Of a DNA stretch of 64,000 nt, positions 63,465-64,000 are shown piece after piece; the stretch's first letter is position 1; every line of letters starts with the position of its first letter. The notes beneath the pieces were generated by a model. That model made no database searches, was not told the DNA's origin, and worked only from the letters and a program-made list of their open reading frames with translations. Position numbers and translations under genes: made by a program. This stretch comes from Azolla caroliniana (taxonomy: Eukaryota > Plantae > Polypodiophyta): assembly GCA_043228905.1 (NCBI GenBank), contig JBHGNT010000104.1, forward strand, positions 1 through 64,000, in the 5' to 3' direction.

Positions 63465-64000
63465 TCTTCGTAAAGATGGGAAATGAAGGAGCATGGCGAA
63501 TCGTCCACATTGGAGACGTGTGTTTGGTGACCTCAACTGGCCGCAGACTTGTGCTGAGAGATGTTCGACACATTCCGGAGGTTCAATCGAACCTGATATC
63601 AGCAGGTCGGCTGGATGATGAAGGCTACACGGGTAGCATCCAGAATGGTGTCATGACGTTCTGCAAGAGGAGCCTAATCGTGGCTCGAGCACGGAAAACA
63701 ACACACTGTACGTAATGAATGCTCGATTATGCCATGGGGAAGTGAATGTGGCAGCCGAAACAATCGGTGAACTGTGGCACAGGAGGTTGTGCCACATGAG
63801 CCAAAAGGGGATGCGGAAGCTTGCTGAGGATAACCTCATTCCGGAGGTGAAGAATGTGCAACTTGAGAAATGCACAGATTGCTTGGCCGGTAAGCAAAAT
63901 CCAACATCCTTCTGAACAAGGCCCCCAATGAGGAAGAAAATACCGCTAGAACTCGTGCATACGAATGTATGCTACGTGGACACAAAGTCGCATAATGGTT
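63465..64000 (+). pseudogene. C1/C3-family copia protease to integrase fragment fused directly to GC
   Basis: VKMGNEG..LRDVRHIPEV..LWHRRLCHMSQKG..CTDCLAGKQ. No LTR at the junction. Confidence 0.88.

Overview
Eukaryotic, land-plant genomic DNA. A non-seed plant such as a fern is plausible but is only an inference. One intact host gene is present: an 8-exon MBOAT lysophospholipid acyltransferase (LPCAT/LPLAT; minus strand, 30422-36140, 463 aa). It lies between two stacks of nested retroelements, several of which can be bounded exactly by 5-bp target-site duplications (TSDs). Left stack: a decayed LINE hit by two Ty3/gypsy elements (G0 <1-4548; GA 4662-14580), then gypsy GB carrying a young Ty1/copia (C1 17347-22758). 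Right stack: an old copia C2 (38948->57567) carries a non-autonomous gypsy N (41940-45413) and copia C3 (45668-55775). C3 in turn carries a scrambled gypsy GS (47897-52807). These are followed by gypsy GC carrying a truncated copia C4, and a final copia fragment. Three observations stand out. (1) Both gypsy elements whose 3' end is visible have no polypurine tract. In its place is a conserved 35-nt motif ending like a tRNA 3' end (..TCCCACGRGCWTGCCA) exactly 2 nt before the LTR, i.e. an inverted PBS, which suggests tRNA or tRNA-mimic priming of the plus strand. (2) The same lineage carries a conserved ~920-aa coiled-coil accessory gene with its own TATA box. (3) GS is a TSD-flanked mosaic of three identical LTR pieces, an inversion and microhomology junctions. 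All alignments and counts were done by eye.
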